Assembly: GCF_000981785.2 (NCBI RefSeq)
Contig: NZ_CP011304.1
Span: 1,230,001 to 1,262,000 of the forward strand
From: Microcystis aeruginosa NIES-2549
GTDB lineage: Bacteria > Cyanobacteriota > Cyanobacteriia > Cyanobacteriales > Microcystaceae
DNA length: 32,000 nt
Reading direction: 5' to 3'
Below are positions 27,287 through 32,000 of this stretch, one piece after another (position 1 is the first letter of the stretch; each line of letters starts with the position of its first letter). The translations under genes were made by a program, and so were the position numbers. The notes below the pieces were generated by a model. It worked only from the letters and a program-made list of their open reading frames with translations. It ran no database searches and was not told the origin of the DNA.

Positions 27287-30200
27287 TCAGCTTTGAGATA
27301 GTAAAGCTTGAACTTCTTCTGGTGAAAGTCTAGAAATTTCTTGAACTGTTACGGCAATTTCATTTAGTAACCCTTCATTCCCCACTAATTCAATCATGAC
27401 TTGAGTTAATTGGCTGATAGTTGAGTGATTAAAAAGTTGACGCACAGAAATTTCAATTTCTAAGGTTTGACGGATTTTACTAATCAGTTGAATCGCTTTT
27501 AAAGAATGCCCACCTAACAGAAAGAAATCGTCTTCAATCCCAATTCGTTCGACTTCTAAAATTTCTGCCCAAATTACCGCTAAAACTTCTTCAATTGCAG
27601 TTCGAGGAGCGACATAATTTTGAGTTAACGATAAGGGGTTTTTATCGGGTATTGGTAAGACTTTTCGATCAACTTTACCGTTAGGACTGAGTTGAAAAGA
27701 TTCCATCACAACAAAAGCAGAAGGAATCATATAATCGGGTAGCCAGTTTTCAAGGAAATGACGTAATTCAACTTGGTTTATGGTTTCACCTGGACGGGGA
27801 ATAAAATAAGCGGCTAGATATTTTTCTCTAGCTGTTTCTCCCTGAACTGTAGCAACAGCTTGGGCAATTTGAGGATGTTGATTTAAAATAGTTTCTACTT
27901 CCCCTAATTCAATTCTATAACCTCTAACTTTTACCCCATCATCAATTCTTCCTACATACTCGATGTCTCCATTGGGTAAATAACGAGCTAAATCTCCAGT
28001 TTTATACAGCAATGAATTCTCGCTAAAGGGATTAGGAATAAATTTTTCTTGGGTTAATTGGGAATTGTTGAAATAACCCCGCGCTAAACCGCCACCCGCA
28101 ACATATAACTCGCCAGTGACTCCGATGGGTACAGGTTGAAGATGAGAATTTAAAATATAAACTTGCACATTAATCGCGGGTTTACCAATGGGAATATACT
28201 TCGGCCAAAGCTCAGGATTGGTGTCAAAGGTATAACTGGTAACGATATCCGCTTCTGTGGGACCATAATAATTGTAAAGGGTACAATGTTCGAGTTTTTT
28301 GAATGTAGAAATCATCGTTGGAGTAATTTGTAATTGCTCTCCAGCTGAAATAATTTCACGCAAGTTAGCAAATAAGTAGGTTTCCTCACTATAGGTTTCA
28401 ATTAATTGCTGTAATAAAGTAACGGGCAAAATTGCTTTATGAATGGGGTTATTTGCCAATAATTGACTTATTTTAGCAAGGTCTAAGCGAGAATCTTCTG
28501 GAACAATAAATAAGCTTCCCCCTAAACACAAAGCGGCAAAGATTTCGTGATAGCTGACATCGAAATTAAAGGGAGCAAATTGTAAGAAATTCCTTGCGGA
28601 TGACATTTTTACTTGATGATGCTCAATAATATTCGTTAAGGATTGATGCAGGATCATAATCCCTTTTGGCACACCCGTAGAGCCTGAACTATAAATAATA
28701 TAGGCCAAATCCTTTAAACTCACGGGGTTGTCAAGATTAGTCTTGGGTTCTAAGGCAATTTCTGAACCTTGTTCATCCAATAAAATCCTTTGAGAAATGG
28801 TTTCACTGTTTAAGAGAGATTGACAATCTTTTTCGGTTAATAAGGTTTTAATTTGGGTATCTTGCAGGATGTAAGAAAGTCTTTCTTGGGGATAAGTTGG
28901 GTCTAGAGGAACACAAACGCCGCCTACTTTTAACACTGCTAAAACGGCAATTACCATATTAACAGACCGTTCTAAACAAATCCCGACTAAAGATTGATAA
29001 CTCACCCCAATTTTTCGTAAATAATGAGCCAATTGATTAGCGTATTCATTCAGTTCTTGGTAGGTTAATTGTTGCTCTTGAAAAACAACGGCAATGGCTG
29101 AAGTAGTTTTGAGAGTTTGTTGCTCAAATAATTGATGAACGCAGTGTTTTAGAGGCTTTTGGGGTGCAGTTTGATTCCATTCAATTAATAATAATTGACG
29201 TTCAGCTTCCGTTAATAAAGGTAAGTCTTGAATCCGACGATGGGGATTAATAGCGATTCCTTCTAATAAAGTTTTAAAATGACCTAACATCCGTTCAATG
29301 GTGTCATTTTCAAATCGTTCTTGAGGATAAATAATTTTAATACTTAAGGCTTCTCCAGGGGTGACAATAACCGTTAAGGGATAATCAGCATTGCCATAAT
29401 CTTGCATTTCACCGACTTGTAAACCGCCTAAATTCTGACTATCATTGTCGCTAAAGGGTAAATTTTCAAAGACAACAAAACTTTCAAAAACTGAATGAGG
29501 GGCTGGAATTTCACTCCATTTTTGAATATCAATTAGAGAACTATAACTATATTGCTCTCGTTCTAAATGCTCTTGTTGTAATTGTTGAAACCAAGTTAAT
29601 AATTCAAGTTGAGACTCAATTTGGATGCGAACGGGTAAGGTATTTAAAAACATCCCCACCATCGATTCAATCCCAGTAAAATTGGGCGGTCGTCCCGAAA
29701 CGGTTGCCCCAAATACAATATCAGATTCACTACTATAATGATGCAATAATAAAGCCCAAGCTCCTTGAATTAGGGTAGAAAGAGTAAGGCGATATTCTTG
29801 GGCGAGTAATTTCAGACGACTGGTAATTTCTGGAGAAAGTTTTGATTTTTGATCAAGATAATTTTTACTTTGAGTAACAAGAGGATTTAACGGTTTATCA
29901 ACGACTAATGGAGTTGGAGAGGTAAAACCTTGAAGATTTTTTCGCCAAAATCGTTCGGCTTCAGTTTGATCTTGCTGTTGTAGCCAATTAATATAGTCTT
30001 GATAAGGGCGGGGTGTGGGTAAATTGACGGGTTGATAGTTGATGAGTCCAGCGTAAAAATCGAAAACTTCTTTCAACAGAATTGCTGTTGCCCAACCATC
30101 TAATAAAATATGATGTCCAGTATGGATAAATTCATATTTTTGATCTTCGACTTGAATTAAATGACCTCGAAGTAAGGGGACTTTATCTAATTCAAAATAT

Positions 30201-30577
30201 TGCTCTTTATCAGAGGTTAATAATTCCTGAAATTTAGTTTCTTGTTCGGCGGGAGAATGCGCTCGCCAATCCTGATTAAACCAAGGTAAGGTGACATTTT
30301 TTCTAACCACTTGTAAAGGCTGTTTGGTTTTTTTCCAAGCAAAACAAGTCCGTAAAATACTATGTCTATCTACTACTTTTTGCCAAGCTTGTTGGAACGC
30401 ATTAATATCTAAATTGCCTTGCAAGGTGATTTGAATTTGTGATAAATACGTCTTTGATTCTGGATTATATAAAGAATGAAACAGCATCCCCTGCTGCATG
30501 GGAGAAAGGGGATAAATGGATTCAATATCTTTTTTACTAACCCTAGATTGTTGAGGTGTTACCATTATTTTTCCCAA
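27287..30577 (-). CDS. Non-ribosomal peptide synthetase module: C(DCL-type)-A-T with a C-terminal docking tail
   Basis: 1096 aa. The N-terminus YPLSPMQQGMLFHSL...LRTCF resembles C domains that accept D-aminoacyl donors. HHILLDGWA (about 30092-30115). A motifs LAYIIYSSGSTGVPKG, NYYGPTE, YKTGDLARYLPNGDIEYVGRIDDGVKVRGYRIE and NGKVDRKVLP. PCP FFLLGGHSL (Ser codon 27503-27505). Tail ...LSPEEVQALLSQS. Confidence 0.95.
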   Translation of the reverse strand: MGKIMVTPQQSRVSKKDIESIYPLSPMQQGMLFHSLYNPESKTYLSQIQITLQGNLDINAFQQAWQKVVDRHSILRTCFAWKKTKQPLQVVRKNVTLPWFNQDWRAHSPAEQETKFQELLTSDKEQYFELDKVPLLRGHLIQVEDQKYEFIHTGHHILLDGWATAILLKEVFDFYAGLINYQPVNLPTPRPYQDYINWLQQQDQTEAERFWRKNLQGFTSPTPLVVDKPLNPLVTQSKNYLDQKSKLSPEITSRLKLLAQEYRLTLSTLIQGAWALLLHHYSSESDIVFGATVSGRPPNFTGIESMVGMFLNTLPVRIQIESQLELLTWFQQLQQEHLEREQYSYSSLIDIQKWSEIPAPHSVFESFVVFENLPFSDNDSQNLGGLQVGEMQDYGNADYPLTVIVTPGEALSIKIIYPQERFENDTIERMLGHFKTLLEGIAINPHRRIQDLPLLTEAERQLLLIEWNQTAPQKPLKHCVHQLFEQQTLKTTSAIAVVFQEQQLTYQELNEYANQLAHYLRKIGVSYQSLVGICLERSVNMVIAVLAVLKVGGVCVPLDPTYPQERLSYILQDTQIKTLLTEKDCQSLLNSETISQRILLDEQGSEIALEPKTNLDNPVSLKDLAYIIYSSGSTGVPKGIMILHQSLTNIIEHHQVKMSSARNFLQFAPFNFDVSYHEIFAALCLGGSLFIVPEDSRLDLAKISQLLANNPIHKAILPVTLLQQLIETYSEETYLFANLREIISAGEQLQITPTMISTFKKLEHCTLYNYYGPTEADIVTSYTFDTNPELWPKYIPIGKPAINVQVYILNSHLQPVPIGVTGELYVAGGGLARGYFNNSQLTQEKFIPNPFSENSLLYKTGDLARYLPNGDIEYVGRIDDGVKVRGYRIELGEVETILNQHPQIAQAVATVQGETAREKYLAAYFIPRPGETINQVELRHFLENWLPDYMIPSAFVVMESFQLSPNGKVDRKVLPIPDKNPLSLTQNYVAPRTAIEEVLAVIWAEILEVERIGIEDDFFLLGGHSLKAIQLISKIRQTLEIEISVRQLFNHSTISQLTQVMIELVGNEGLLNEIAVTVQEISRLSPEEVQALLSQS

Positions 30578-30601
30578 TAGATTAAATAAAAATATGCGTG
30601 A

Positions 30602-30631
30602 GTTTCTTGAATCAAATTTTATTCAAGAAAC
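30602..30631 (-). promoter_or_regulatory. Perfect 11-bp stem / 8-nt loop hairpin between the sulfotransferase-like gene and the first NRPS gene
   Basis: gtttcttgaat-caaatttt-attcaagaaac. Lies in the 79-nt spacer 30578-30656. Could be a partial terminator, attenuator or processing site. Confidence 0.4.
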
Positions 30632-30656
30632 CTGATAAAATTAGAACGAATTACCT

Positions 30657-31601
30657 TTAACGTTGACTAGACCACTTGAGTTTAAATTTGTTAATTTCTT
30701 CATCGGTGTAAAAATGACGCACTAATGGTTGATCATAAATCTCTTCTAAATATTCATCACTAAAGGTCAGACTCTTTCTTAAATTATCATAGATGAGATA
30801 GTCATCCGCTTCTAAAAAGTCTGCTCGGTCAAGTCGTTCACAATCTAAATTTTCAACACCTAAAAAAGTTTCTAGGGCTTCTTTTAAGCAAGAATCAAGT
30901 TTTTCTAATTTTAAGACTAATAAGTCAATATTTCTGTCCGGGAAATTCGCAATCGCATAACCTTTTTCTTTCGGAAAATCAATGGAAGCGATATCAATGC
31001 CGAAAACTGGTTGCAATTCTTCTTCAAACCAGTCAAACTGCTTTCCATAAACAAATTTTTGAGACCAAAATTTTTTAATAATTTCATCCATTGTGATTAA
31101 TCCTTCTTGATATTTTATGAAAAATTCAGGAAAAACAGATTGACAATGAATGACTTGAAAAAACCAAGAAATATTACGGGCGATGGGTTCTCGGACTCCA
31201 GTAATAATTTTAATATTTTTTTGATTTTTAATTTCCTCAATGTGTTCGCTTAAATATTTGGTCATACAGGAATGCCCAAAGGTAAAAGCATGATAATGTT
31301 TCTCCAGTTGCATTGTTTTCCAAATTTTTGAGAAATGTTCTGAATTCAGATTATGAATATGATAAATAGCTTGATTTTGCAGATGTTTTTTTAGGGTCAA
31401 ATAGGTACTCATTGAACCGACTTTCCCCATTTGATAAACAAATATGACTGAAGAATTATTGAGAAGTTCTTGTTTTAATTTTCTTTCTGTATTCCACATA
31501 TTAATCCTATTATTCATATAGGAATACACGGGAAAAAACTGTTTATCTGCGATGGGATAATAGTTAAGAGCTTGGTTTGAGAGTTTAGTTTGTGTGTTCA
31601 T
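30657..31601 (-). CDS. Sulfotransferase-like protein (tentative)
   Basis: Start placed at ATG 31601 (314 aa), after the upstream SDR stop. GKVGSMST resembles the PAPS 5'-phosphosulfate-binding loop (PKxGS/TT), and VREPIARNISWFF resembles the 3'-phosphate-binding R-x-P-x-x-R-x-x-S motif. Otherwise no homolog recognised. Confidence 0.5.
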   Translation of the reverse strand: MNTQTKLSNQALNYYPIADKQFFPVYSYMNNRINMWNTERKLKQELLNNSSVIFVYQMGKVGSMSTYLTLKKHLQNQAIYHIHNLNSEHFSKIWKTMQLEKHYHAFTFGHSCMTKYLSEHIEEIKNQKNIKIITGVREPIARNISWFFQVIHCQSVFPEFFIKYQEGLITMDEIIKKFWSQKFVYGKQFDWFEEELQPVFGIDIASIDFPKEKGYAIANFPDRNIDLLVLKLEKLDSCLKEALETFLGVENLDCERLDRADFLEADDYLIYDNLRKSLTFSDEYLEEIYDQPLVRHFYTDEEINKFKLKWSSQR

Positions 31602-31632
31602 GATGCTTGTTGATGATGTTGGAGGGTTGAAT

Positions 31633-32000
31633 TTAAAATGCTGACGAGGATAAACCACCATCGATGGGAATAGTAATTCCCGTTATATAACTCGCACATT
31701 CTGAAGCTAAAAATACAACGAGATTAGCAAATTCTTCAGTCGTACCAATTCGATTCATGGGAATTGTTTTTAGAATTCCTTCTCGGATTAAATCTGGGGT
31801 TGTTCCTTGCTTTTTGGCATAAATTTCTAAATATTCTCGATGTCTAGGGGTATCAATAACGCCGGGGTTAACACTATTAATTAAAACATTATAGGGGGCG
31901 GTTTGTCTAGCTACTGATTTGGTAAAATTCATTAAAGCTGCATTGACAACACCCGATTTAACTAAACGAGGAGATGGCTCTTTTCCCGATGTCCCAATGA
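31633..32000 (-). CDS. SDR-fold reductase, C-terminal part only (CDS continues past the window edge)
   Basis: The reading frame stays open through nt 32000 (...IGTSGKEPSPRLVKSGVVNAALMNFTKSVA...VNPGVIDTP...FLASECASYITGITIPIDGG). This is a typical SDR C-terminal half. Confidence 0.75.
   Translation of the reverse strand, partial: IGTSGKEPSPRLVKSGVVNAALMNFTKSVARQTAPYNVLINSVNPGVIDTPRHREYLEIYAKKQGTTPDLIREGILKTIPMNRIGTTEEFANLVVFLASECASYITGITIPIDGGLSSSAF

Noticed and set aside
31602-31661. Upstream ATG 31661 for the sulfotransferase-like gene
   Set aside because: It would overlap the preceding SDR CDS by 29 nt. ATG 31601 lies after the SDR stop. Either remains possible.
19050-32000. Considered a microcystin, cyanopeptolin or other macrocyclic peptide cluster
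   Set aside because: No PKS domains, no thioesterase and no N-methyltransferase or epimerase domains are visible. Termination is by a reductase domain, which points to a linear aldehyde or alcohol product instead.
1-32000. Looked for tRNA, rRNA and tmRNA genes and for cas genes
   Set aside because: No T-loop (GGTTCGAATCC-like) context outside coding regions, no rRNA-like stretches, and no ORF with Cas motifs were seen. Absence is based on reading by eye only.

Overview
This window looks like a cyanobacterial chromosome segment. The evidence is frequent HIP1 GCGATCGC palindromes, heptamer tandem repeats, the ndhA-I-G-E operon and Microcystis-like repeats; the taxon is an inference. Positions 1-19000 are mostly housekeeping. 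They hold two polysaccharide genes (GT2 and a hexapeptide acetyltransferase) and an orphan 6-repeat CRISPR array with no cas genes. Next to the array is an internally deleted ISAs1-family element. The rest of this part carries a GTPase/DUF697 gene bracketed by heptamer arrays, a ParE/RelE toxin-antitoxin pair, a Crp-family regulator, a cupin protein, murT-gatD, an HtrA protease, an LptC-like lipoprotein, ndhAIGE and pyrE. At about 19.0 kb the composition changes to AT-rich with almost no HIP1. From there to the window edge everything is on the minus strand and forms the downstream half of an NRPS cluster. In transcription order it reads: partial SDR, sulfotransferase-like gene, NRPS DCL-A-T (proline-like specificity code), classical SDR, NRPS LCL-A-T-R (terminal reductase), a hexapeptide acyltransferase broken by an in-frame TAA, and an ABC exporter. 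This architecture best fits an aeruginosin/spumigin-type linear peptide aldehyde or alcohol pathway, but that assignment is an inference and the cluster is cut by the window edge. Other points of interest: a CRISPR spacer that is a perfect 30-nt palindrome resembling the neighbouring IS ends, and a dispersed intergenic repeat also found inside the ndhI-ndhG spacer. All motif calls, counts and alignments were done by eye with no database search.
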